IMG/VR virus record: IMGVR_UViG_3300042453_004632
Source of the DNA: an uncultured virus (IMG/VR IMGVR_UViG_3300042453_004632)
Lineage: Duplodnaviria; Heunggongvirae; Uroviricota; Caudoviricetes
Length of the DNA stretch: 64,000 nt
Strand: one strand, 5' to 3'
Part shown: one piece after another, positions 20,266 through 28,966 of the stretch
Layout: every line of letters starts with the position of its first letter
How positions within the stretch are numbered: position 1 is the first letter of the stretch
Made by a program: the position numbers and the translations under genes
The notes under the pieces: generated by a model
Told to the model about the DNA's origin: nothing
The model's database searches: none
Seen by the model: only the letters and a program-made list of their open reading frames with translations

Positions 20266-21092
20266 AAAATTTATTGATATGCATATCTTTTTACTACAAA
20301 AAAGAAAGATATAAATATCTCAATGCCTTAATAAAAAATTTTCTTTCTTATGATGTTGATTTGGATATAATAATTGATACAAACAACAAAGATGCAATTA
20401 ATCTAATTTACGAAGAGTTTTCAAAAGAAAAAATTAAAATTTTTGTTCATGATAATTTAGAAAATAATTTTTTTCTGACTTGGAAACATAGACAACACTT
20501 CAAAAATAATATATTAAAATATAAAAATTTTTATTACACAGAAGACGATATTTATTTGTCTTTCAAAAACTATAAAAATTATATTCTTGAATTTTCAAGA
20601 CTATGGCCAAATTATATTCCTTCTTTTGTCAGAATAGAATCTTATGAAAAAGATTTATATCATACGGATTCTTATGTTAAAACTTTTATTGACAAAAATG
20701 ATATTGTGAAAATACAAGATCAAATATATGTTTCCATACATAATTCTTATCATGGATTTTGGATAATGCCACAAGAAGCACTTTTAAAATGTTTGAATGA
20801 AAAATTTTGTCAACCAATTCATTCGGAGAAAACTAGAGAAATTGCGGCATCTTTTGGTTTACAAGTAATAAACTTGAAAAGAAATAAATCCAAATTATTT
20901 GTGCACATAAATAATTTATTGAATTCAAATGACATAAAGAAGGAAGGATTGTTGAAATTAGAAAAATACAAATACGAAATATCAGACACCTCCTACAGTT
21001 TTCATTTACCAAACAATTACATACATGATAAAAAATACAATTTAGCAAAAATAAAAATACAAGATGTGGTAAAGTTTAAAAAAATATTATGA
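20262..21092 (+). CDS. Putative glycosyltransferase
   Basis: LTWKHR, YYTEDDI, P.FVR.E, HLPNNY. Confidence 0.6.
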   Translation: MKNLLICISFYYKKERYKYLNALIKNFLSYDVDLDIIIDTNNKDAINLIYEEFSKEKIKIFVHDNLENNFFLTWKHRQHFKNNILKYKNFYYTEDDIYLSFKNYKNYILEFSRLWPNYIPSFVRIESYEKDLYHTDSYVKTFIDKNDIVKIQDQIYVSIHNSYHGFWIMPQEALLKCLNEKFCQPIHSEKTREIAASFGLQVINLKRNKSKLFVHINNLLNSNDIKKEGLLKLEKYKYEISDTSYSFHLPNNYIHDKKYNLAKIKIQDVVKFKKIL

Positions 21093-21652
21093 AGTATTTA
21101 GTTTACGGATTGCAGAGTAGTGGAGCCACTCTTTTTTCTTATTTTCTATCACAAAATAGGAATACTGTAGGGATCCCCGATTTATGGGCAGATTATTGGT
21201 GCCCTGATTGCTCCCATGTAAAGACAGACGTGGTGATCAAATGTGTTGTAACCAAAGGGTGTCCTCTTGAAGGCCATGTTGAAAGATACAAACCCGATGT
21301 GAAGATTTTGTTTTTGAGGAACCTCAAGGACAATAAACAAAGGCTTCTTCAAAAAAGATGGAAAAATCACAATGGAACTGTTGATGATAAAATTAAAATA
21401 ATAGAAAAAATAGATAAGAGAATTTTTGATTTTGTAATATTGTATGAAAATTTTATATGTAAAAAAATACCAAGCGAATTCTCAAAAGATAATTATTTAT
21501 TTAATAGAGGAAAGAAAGAAATAGTTCGTTTTAATTTTGAAAATTTCAAGTGGTCTGAAGAAAATATAAATAAAAAATGGGGGTTCGGAGAAATTCATTT
21601 TTCTAAAAATGATACCATAAAGCTCGCCAGTAGAACAAAAGTTTTTTTATAG
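21089..21652 (+). CDS. Sulfotransferase-like protein
   Basis: GLQSSGAT loop, ILFLR, ILYE. Confidence 0.55.
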   Translation: MKYLVYGLQSSGATLFSYFLSQNRNTVGIPDLWADYWCPDCSHVKTDVVIKCVVTKGCPLEGHVERYKPDVKILFLRNLKDNKQRLLQKRWKNHNGTVDDKIKIIEKIDKRIFDFVILYENFICKKIPSEFSKDNYLFNRGKKEIVRFNFENFKWSEENINKKWGFGEIHFSKNDTIKLASRTKVFL

Positions 21653-21698
21653 TCAAAATAATAATAAATTAGCAACTATTTAGTTAGTTAAATAACCT

Positions 21699-22046
21699 AT
21701 GAAAAACCTGTGCCTCAAGAACGAGAAGCAGATGGGCCTCTTCAACGGGATGCAGGGGGATGTGGCCATGATGTACGACGGGGACGTGTTCGCCTTTAAG
21801 GCCGACGGGTTCGTGGAGGAGGTCCCGTTTGAGAGGAACACCTTCAACCAAGTAAAGTACGAGTTTGAGCACGACGGCCCCGTTCCCTTCGATTACGCCT
21901 ACGCCATCACCGCCCACAGGGCACAAGGGTCCGAGTACGACAGGGTCATGGTCTTGGAACAGCGTTGTGACCTGTGGGACCACAAGCGGTGGGCCTACAC
22001 CGCGCCTTCTAGAGCGAAAGAGCTACTTTATTGGTGCGAGACTTAA
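21699..22046 (+). pseudogene. C-terminal fragment of a RecD/Dda helicase (diverged second copy of about 12130..12479)
   Basis: CLKN...GLFNGMQG, FNQVKYEF, PFDYAYAITAHRAQGSEY, DLWDHKRWAYTA; no Walker A. Confidence 0.88.
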
Positions 22047-22048
22047 TC

Positions 22049-23380
22049 ATGAATATACTTTTAATCATAGCGGACGATCTTGGCTGGTCAGATGTGGGAT
22101 TCCATAATGGAGACATTCACACTCCAAATTTAGACAAGATTGCCGAAGAAAACATTCAATTTGACCAGTTCTATACACAGCCCGTCTGCACTGCTACTAG
22201 GGTTTCCATATACACGGGAGACTACCCTTTCAGGCACGGATTTGATGGGGTTATATGGCCATGGTCTGATTTTGGCATGTATAAGAAAGACAATCTTCCT
22301 AGAACCCTTGCAAATAATGGTTATGACACATACCTTGTGGGAAAGTGGAATGTAGGTCACTCTAGAAAAAAATACCTACCTAATTCAATTGGATTTGGAT
22401 ATCACTACGGCGGCCACACCGGCGCCATGGATCACTGGGAACACACTCAGTTTGGCGTGCACGATTTTCACGAGAACGGCAAGCCGATTTATCCCCAGGG
22501 TCACTCCACGGATTTGTACGCAGACAAGGTTTCGGAAATACTACGAGGAAGAAGCAAGGACAAACCATTTTTTATGTGCTTAGCGTTGAACGCTCCGCAT
22601 GTCCCTCTTCAGACTCATAATGAGTTCGTCAAAAAATACAATTTTGGCAACCAGAATAGGAATATTTTTGCCGGGATGGTCACCCACATGGACAAAAAGA
22701 TAGGAGACCTAATCCAAACCCTAAAGGACTTGGGACAATACGACGACACCATCATTTGGTTCACTTCTGATAACGGCGGTTGGCTTGGCGACTTTGGAGG
22801 GACGAACTTTCCTCTCAAGGATGGGAAGATCAGTTTCTACGAAGGCGGCATACGCGTTGTGAACATCGCTAAAATGCCGATTTCCGAAAAAAGAATTAGC
22901 AAAGTATGCCACGCTTCCGACATTTTTCCAACATTGTGCGACTTGGTCGGAGTAGATCGTCCGAGTGTTGATGGAGTTTCTGTACTTTTACCTGGGAAAG
23001 ATCGAGAGTTGGCTCATCACTACAGAAGAATTTCTGAGGACAAGTTTGTGGGCTGTATCCGTTCAGGTGACTGGAAGTACATGACATATAAAAATGAAGA
23101 ATTGTATAACATAGCCGAGGATCCGGTTGAAAGTAAAAATCTCGCATCCCAAGAGACAGAAATCTTGAGAACATTGAAAGTCAGACTTAAGTCTTTTGAA
23201 TCTATCTATAAAAAAGAAAAGTTTGACTTGGCTTGGTTTCCGCCGCACGGACCGCCACCAGGATTCAAGATGCCAAAGTGTTGGTCGCCAAGCAAAAATT
23301 TAACTAGAATAAAGATGCTTCAAACGCAAGACACGCGCGAAGATCTTTCAATGAGAGAGGCTTTAGGGCTGTATTCTTGA
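22049..23380 (+). CDS. Arylsulfatase (Cys-type)
   Basis: ADDLGWSD, TPNLD, CTATR (CxAxR formylglycine motif), GKW, PHVP, SDNG, YEGGIRV. Confidence 0.92.
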   Translation: MNILLIIADDLGWSDVGFHNGDIHTPNLDKIAEENIQFDQFYTQPVCTATRVSIYTGDYPFRHGFDGVIWPWSDFGMYKKDNLPRTLANNGYDTYLVGKWNVGHSRKKYLPNSIGFGYHYGGHTGAMDHWEHTQFGVHDFHENGKPIYPQGHSTDLYADKVSEILRGRSKDKPFFMCLALNAPHVPLQTHNEFVKKYNFGNQNRNIFAGMVTHMDKKIGDLIQTLKDLGQYDDTIIWFTSDNGGWLGDFGGTNFPLKDGKISFYEGGIRVVNIAKMPISEKRISKVCHASDIFPTLCDLVGVDRPSVDGVSVLLPGKDRELAHHYRRISEDKFVGCIRSGDWKYMTYKNEELYNIAEDPVESKNLASQETEILRTLKVRLKSFESIYKKEKFDLAWFPPHGPPPGFKMPKCWSPSKNLTRIKMLQTQDTREDLSMREALGLYS

Positions 23381-23930
23381 AAATTTTGCTTGTCAATCCG
23401 CCTTTCCACAGAATACTGGGTTCCCATTATAAAGGCATGTCTTTGGGAATATCTTATATAGTATCTTATTTGAATGCAAATGGACACGATGCTTGGTATA
23501 CAATGCCGACTATATCAATTAAGACCGGTACAAGACTCTGTATCAATGCCATAAATATTTCCCATCTTATATAGACATTTTTAAAGATGAGAATCACAGC
23601 ATATGGAAGACGACAGTAGAATCCATCTTGGCTTTCTAGCCAGATTTAGTGGGCTATACCTCTTATACGGCCAATTTGTATTCAATAAACATCTTGTCCA
23701 AAAAAGTTAGACAATCTAATCCTTCCGTGAAGCAAATTGTTGGAGGAGTTCATTCTACTCTTGATAGAAACTATTAGACAGCCTTCCTTTCGTTGATTAT
23801 TCAATCATTAGAGAAGGAGAGCAGACCGAATTGAGTCTTGCAAACGGCGAGAACATTGCACAAATAAAAGGAATATCTTTTCGTTCTGCTGGCGGTATAG
23901 AACTCATCGTAATCCCGACGAAATAAAGGA
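23377..23930 (+). pseudogene. Degraded B12-binding radical SAM gene (N-terminal part)
   Basis: KILLVNPP..LGISYI; frameshift near 23497 (W-YNADY); in-frame TAA and TAG; PDLVGYTSYT, IVGGVHST; second frameshift then REGEQT. Confidence 0.82.
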
Positions 23931-24051
23931 CATCATTATGCTCTACTCTATGCTGTATGAGAATACGACTTGTCGTGGCTTAATTAAAACTTTGTCTTAG
24001 ACTTTATGATTGTTTTCTAAGAAGATAGTCTAAATTTGACTATATTAGCAA

Positions 24052-24933
24052 GTGAGAGAAAAACTTGAAAAAATAAGAGATTTAGTCAACGAATTGATTG
24101 CTTCTTTGGATGAGCATTCTTTGGTAAAAGAAGGGCCAAAATTGAAGAACCATTCGGAGTTTGGACTTCTGAAGGGCTTGCTTGAATCAAGCAAATGGCC
24201 GGAGGCTGTATTTAGTGCACAAATAGCGGACGAGAGTTCGGAATCTGACAAGATGGAACGAGCAGAAGGCATATCGGACATTCTCCTTCCTCCCTTTTTG
24301 GACAAGAAGTTCCTAGACTTCGGCTGTGGTGAAGGGCACGTAGCAAAGCACGTATCCAAAGAAGCCGCATTTTCAGTGGGCTATGACATAATTCCAAGAG
24401 GCCCATCTTGGGAGAATAAAAATGAAAAACTTTTGTTGACTACTGATTTTGAGAAAGTCAAAAACGAAGGGCCATATGACATAATCTTAATCTATGATGT
24501 TTTAGATCATTCGCAAGAAAGTCCTGAAGAATTACTTCTTAAGGCCAAATCTGTATTGTCTCAAGAGGGCAAAATTTATCTTCGTTGTCACCCCTGGACC
24601 GGGAGGCACGGGGGGCACGCCTACAAGAAGATAAACAAGGCTTTCGTTCACCTTGTTTTTGAAGAAAAGGAGTTGTCCGAGCTTGGGGTTGTCTTGGACT
24701 ATAATAAAAAAATTTTGCGTCCAATAAACACGTACAACAAGGCCATAGAGGATGCGGGTCTCAAAAGGTCCGAACCCGAGGTTGACACCCAAGAGGTTGA
24801 AGCTTTTTTTGAGGAGAACTCTCTGATCAGGAACAGGATACTCAATTCGCTCGGCCTTGCGACATGGACATCAGACACGCCCGCCTTTCAGATGTCCCAA
24901 TGTTTCTTGGATTACGTTCTTGAACAAAAATAG
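24052..24933 (+). CDS. Class I SAM-dependent methyltransferase (paralog of 12515..13381)
   Basis: FLDFGCGEG, YDIILIYDVLDH, RCHPWTGRHGGH. Confidence 0.88.
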   Translation: MREKLEKIRDLVNELIASLDEHSLVKEGPKLKNHSEFGLLKGLLESSKWPEAVFSAQIADESSESDKMERAEGISDILLPPFLDKKFLDFGCGEGHVAKHVSKEAAFSVGYDIIPRGPSWENKNEKLLLTTDFEKVKNEGPYDIILIYDVLDHSQESPEELLLKAKSVLSQEGKIYLRCHPWTGRHGGHAYKKINKAFVHLVFEEKELSELGVVLDYNKKILRPINTYNKAIEDAGLKRSEPEVDTQEVEAFFEENSLIRNRILNSLGLATWTSDTPAFQMSQCFLDYVLEQK

Positions 24934-25042
24934 TTATTAAGATCAGAGAAAAGTCTTTGGCAACGCGCCATATCAGAATGCTTTGTGTTCTGGTGTGAAT
25001 AAGTCTTGCGGTTGCTATTCGGCCGAACAAGTAAGCAAAAGG

Positions 25043-25652
25043 ATGTCTAAAGGCTGGAACAAGGTGTTCACAAAAGAATACTTGATAAAAGAACACAAGA
25101 ATAGAAGCGAATGACCCTTTCTACGCACTCGCTGGACAAAAAGTTGAGATGCTTTTCGTCAAGGACTTTGCACACATCAAAAATGGACGTTCTTACTGGA
25201 ATTGTGTGTGTGACTGTGGCAAAGAGAAGGTTGTCTGCGGACATTCAATTGTAAGAAGAAAAGTGGTTTCTTGCGGGTGTTGGAACAAAAAGAAAAATTG
25301 GCAGGGCGTGGGCGATCTCGGCAAGACTTATTGGTCTAGGATCGTAAAGCACGCTTCGGAAAGAAATCTTGAATTTTCCATTGGCATGGAATACGCCTGG
25401 AAATTATTCAAGAAACAAAAAGGAAAGTGTGCCCTTTCTGGAGTGGACATTGCCCTAAATCCCGCTTGGAGCGCAAACACAAAGATGGGCCAAAGCAAAC
25501 ACACGGCCTCCCTCGACAGAATAGACTCTTCAAAGGGCTATGTGAAGGGCAACATTCAATGGGTGCACAAGGTCATAAATAAGATGAAGTCGAGCTTTTG
25601 GAGCCCGACTTCATCAATTTGCGTTCTGAAATCTCTGAATATAGAAACTAGT
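25043..25652 (+). pseudogene. Frameshifted homing-endonuclease-like gene (HNH/EndoVII-like)
   Basis: WNCVCDCG..SCGC; GKCALSG; ASLDRIDSSKGYVKGNIQWV; ATG 25043 is out of frame with the core; C-terminus continues in another frame (LLEPDFINL). Confidence 0.72.
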
Positions 25653-25866
25653 AGAGCCTCTGGGAGCACACGGTAGCCGCCGCCACCCAAGCCCCGGACA
25701 TGCCACTGCACATCATGTTGGGCTTACGGCAGTCGGCCATGAAATACTTCCATCCGCCGCAGAGCTTGTTGATTCTGCTGTTTGGACGAGCGCAACGCTG
25801 AGTCAGCGTGGTGAGAACACCGACGGTTTCTCCGGCCGCCGGCGGTTTACGACAATAAAAAGCCAT
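25648..25866 (-). CDS. Small Cys-rich hypothetical protein
   Basis: AGGAGG RBS before MAFYCRKPP; 6 Cys in 72 aa. Confidence 0.7.
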   Translation of the reverse strand: MAFYCRKPPAAGETVGVLTTLTQRCARPNSRINKLCGGWKYFMADCRKPNMMCSGMSGAWVAAATVCSQRLY

Positions 25867-25946
25867 GGTTAAATCCTCCTTGTGGAAAAGAACATGTTCC
25901 ATCATTATGTATCGTTCTTTTCACAGCAAGGAACAAGACGACGGAA

Positions 25947-26762
25947 TCAATTTTTTCCGCCGCCGAGGCTCTTGATGTCTCTTATACAGAGTTCCCTGTT
26001 CTCTTCCATGACCTTCTTGGAGTCGGGCTCGTGCTCCCACACGTAGTTCACAGTCGCTCCTCCATGATGCTTGATCCAAGCCTTGGTTGATATTCCTTGG
26101 AGGAGTCCGTGTTTTCTCATTCTAAAAGCCAGTTCTTCGTCCTCGTACCAGGCGTAGGGATAGGACTTTATGAATCCACCGATATATTTGAACAAGTCTC
26201 TGTTGCACATCGCACAGAACAACGGCAAGGCCTCCTTGTCCAATACTATGTCCTTTTCTCCCTTGTCCAACATTGAAGCTTTCGCGGCCATGCATTCTCC
26301 CGGATTGTTGGATCGGGCCGAGACCATTTTGACCGGTGTTCCCTCCTGTTTCCATTTGAGCAGTGATTGACCCATGTGAATCATGAAATTCGCATCCTCG
26401 ACCACACAGTCGGAATGCATGAAAAGGACCCAAGGCAGGCTCGTGGATTCAAACCCGAGTTTCAAGGCTCCCCCGAAGCCCAATCGTTTCTCGGATCTGA
26501 TGTATCCCACTTGAGGCTTGAATCCGGCGGGGGTCGTTTTTTGGAATTGGCGCGTCATTTCCTCGCCGAAATTCTTATTGTCCGAGCAGTCGTCAATGAG
26601 GGTGATCTGGTAGGGATTGCTCTTCACCGACAGGAGTATTGTCCTGATTAGTTCCGACACCTTCTCGTACTGGGCGTGGAAAGGTATGAGGATGTCAACT
26701 TGGGACCTGGAGAAGGGCTTGAACTCCATCATCCTAGATTTTTGTATTCTTTCGTTCATCAT
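25947..26762 (-). CDS. GT2 family glycosyltransferase
   Basis: VDILIPF, LIDDCS, LGFGGA, FMHSD, GGF...WYEDEE. Confidence 0.85.
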   Translation of the reverse strand: MMNERIQKSRMMEFKPFSRSQVDILIPFHAQYEKVSELIRTILLSVKSNPYQITLIDDCSDNKNFGEEMTRQFQKTTPAGFKPQVGYIRSEKRLGFGGALKLGFESTSLPWVLFMHSDCVVEDANFMIHMGQSLLKWKQEGTPVKMVSARSNNPGECMAAKASMLDKGEKDIVLDKEALPLFCAMCNRDLFKYIGGFIKSYPYAWYEDEELAFRMRKHGLLQGISTKAWIKHHGGATVNYVWEHEPDSKKVMEENRELCIRDIKSLGGGKN

Positions 26763-26783
26763 GATATTAGAGTTTATTCAAAG

Positions 26784-26817
26784 AAAAAGGCCCGCTCCTT
26801 TTCAGGAGCGGGCCTTT
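26784..26817 (-). terminator. Rho-independent terminator
   Basis: AAAGGCCCGCTCCT-TTTC-AGGAGCGGGCCTTT inverted repeat with U-tract on the minus strand. Confidence 0.85.
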
Positions 26818-26844
26818 CGTCTGATTCTCTTGCCTTGGACTTGA

Positions 26845-27558
26845 TCAGGCGATCTTGCGAGCCCTGACCGCCTTCGGATTGAGCTTCCAACGCTTGCTGG
26901 ACTCGTCGTGAAGGATCACCGCCACCTTCCCGTTGTATCCCGGGTGGGACTTCTTTTGGGAAAGGGTATGGAGTGCCTGGTACACATTCTGGGCGATTCC
27001 AAGGTTGCCCTTGTTGCCCTTGTACTCGTACCCGGCCTCAATGACTCTCTCCGTCACTTCCTTCAGCTTCAATCCCTCCTTGCCGGACTTTTTCAGGATC
27101 ACGGCACAGAGGGCGGGCATCGGAAGACCTTTCATTTCTCCGACTTGGACCTTGGCACGATCCTTGGTGGTCTTTGCCTTCGCGGCCTTGGCTGGCTTCT
27201 TTCCTTCGTGCATCTTCTTGCGGATCGTAGAGACCAAGGAGGGCTCAATCTTGACCTTGTGGGTCTTCTCAAGGCTCTCTATGAGGTCCTTGTTCTTGAT
27301 CTCCATTCCATGCTTGCGGAAGTGCTCTCGGATGAGGTCCGATCTGTTGATCCCGCCCTTGCGCCGTCCGGGACGAAGCTCCTCGGACGCCTTGACCTCA
27401 ACTTTGACCTCACCGTCGGTCTCCGCCACCTCGGGCTTCGCGGCCTCAACCCCCACAACAGCCTCCTCGCCAGCCTTCTCCATGAAACCACGGATCATGC
27501 TGTTGAGTCCATCAAGCGATTCCTTGATCTTCTCAAGAGTCTTCAAAGCAGTGCTCAT
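26845..27558 (-). CDS. Basic DNA-binding protein (N-terminal NRSxxIRE domain plus winged-HTH)
   Basis: INRSDLIREHF..VSTIR; GLKLKEVTERVIEAGY wHTH-like segment. Confidence 0.7.
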   Translation of the reverse strand: MSTALKTLEKIKESLDGLNSMIRGFMEKAGEEAVVGVEAAKPEVAETDGEVKVEVKASEELRPGRRKGGINRSDLIREHFRKHGMEIKNKDLIESLEKTHKVKIEPSLVSTIRKKMHEGKKPAKAAKAKTTKDRAKVQVGEMKGLPMPALCAVILKKSGKEGLKLKEVTERVIEAGYEYKGNKGNLGIAQNVYQALHTLSQKKSHPGYNGKVAVILHDESSKRWKLNPKAVRARKIA

Positions 27559-27674
27559 TTTCAAACCCTTCTCTCTCTCCGGCCCCTTGTTTTAATTCAG
27601 GTTGCCGATCCGGGCCAGGACCGACTTCCCGTTTGCTCCGAACACTCCTTTGTTGAATCGTCCATCCACAATTC

Positions 27675-27702
27675 ACTCTACGCTCTACGGTTCGTTTGTC
27701 AA
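27675..27702 (-). promoter_or_regulatory. Sigma70-type promoter TTGACA-16-TAGAGT
   Basis: Consensus match upstream of 27558. Confidence 0.55.
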
Positions 27703-27971
27703 TTTTTTTCTTGCTACATTTAAGCACATTTTTGACGTAAGTTATTGTTTTGAAAAGACTTGTGTCTATCAAAAAAATCCTAAATTTTCCTATTGACGGC
27801 CTATTTTTTCATGGAACCGGGCAGATTTCCATCGTCTTTCTTCTTCTTTGGTCTTGCGAAAATGGAAAAAATGCATGCCAAGGGACTATATTAGGTTGCG
27901 GCTGGTCATTGGAATTGACCAGCCTTCGGATATCTGAGAAAATACGGGCAAGGAATTGAAAGGAGACTAAA

Positions 27972-28160
27972 ATGCTGGTTCTGAGTAGAAAGAAAGATGA
28001 GACCATCATCATGCGCGTTCCCGGTCACGAGGACATCAAGTTGACCGTGGTGAGGATTGACAATCTGAACAAGGTCAGGATTGGGGTAGAAGCGGACAAG
28101 GACGTGGTGATTCTTAGATCCGAACTGGATTCTAAGAAAGAAGTTCCCAGCATCAAATAA
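27972..28160 (+). CDS. csrA: Carbon storage regulator CsrA
   Basis: MLVLSRKKDETI...KVRIGVEA.KDV.ILRSEL; AGGAG RBS. Confidence 0.92.
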   Translation: MLVLSRKKDETIIMRVPGHEDIKLTVVRIDNLNKVRIGVEADKDVVILRSELDSKKEVPSIK

Positions 28161-28200
28161 TCTCACTTTACCTCGTTTGTTATCCGTCTAGAATGAGCGC

Positions 28201-28842
28201 ATGGCTCTTCTATATCCTCCACATCCCGGTTTGAAAATTCCGGAAAACAAGTTGGAGCGGTATGAACAGACCGGAAAATGGATCGCCCAGAGAAAATTCA
28301 ACGGAACCCACGTTTTGTTGTATATCTCTCCCGAAAGGCAGGTGACGATTCTCACTCGTCACGGCACTTCGCCGAAGTTGTTTTCTCTGACCGATTCACA
28401 CAAAAACCAGATTCTTTCGTTGAATCTTGAAGAGGGCAAGGATTATTGGCTTGATGGCGAGTTATTGGATCACAAGACAAAATCCGAAAAATACAAGGGC
28501 AAAATTGTTCTTTTTGATGTCCTTCATGTCGGAAAATACCTGATCAATTCCCCGGATCAGGTCGGACGTTTGAGGATGCTTTCTGAAATTTGCCGAAATC
28601 CAGTGGAATTGGAGCCGAATTTCGGAATCGCACTGTACGTGACGCCAGACATCTGGATGGCAGAAACATGGACTGATGATTTTGATCGGCATTTCAATGA
28701 ATTTCTCCATCTGGACGAGATTGAGGGACTGGTCCTCCGCAGGTCCAAGTCTGTGCTCGACAACTTCGGCCAGAAGGAATACGATGTTCCTTGGATGGTT
28801 AGGTGTCGCAAGCCCCATCCGGGAGGCACCTATAATTTTTGA
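28201..28842 (+). CDS. Ligase-family nucleotidyltransferase domain lacking an OB domain
   Basis: QRKFNG motif I, LDGEL, LFDVL, EGLVLR. Confidence 0.75.
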   Translation: MALLYPPHPGLKIPENKLERYEQTGKWIAQRKFNGTHVLLYISPERQVTILTRHGTSPKLFSLTDSHKNQILSLNLEEGKDYWLDGELLDHKTKSEKYKGKIVLFDVLHVGKYLINSPDQVGRLRMLSEICRNPVELEPNFGIALYVTPDIWMAETWTDDFDRHFNEFLHLDEIEGLVLRRSKSVLDNFGQKEYDVPWMVRCRKPHPGGTYNF

Positions 28843-28966
28843 TCGTGGGGGTTGACAGACTTCAAACCCACGATATGATTCGCACTTTATCCCCTCCAAG
28901 GACGGACGGATTCTTCTGCCCTAGAGGGATTTTTTTTGGCTTCTTTTTTTGACACGGAGGCTCATT

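Noticed and set aside
23520..23640. In-frame TAA/TAG as evidence of stop-codon reassignment
   Set aside because: The same gene also has frameshifts, and TAG, TAA and TGA all end intact genes elsewhere; no suppressor tRNA seen
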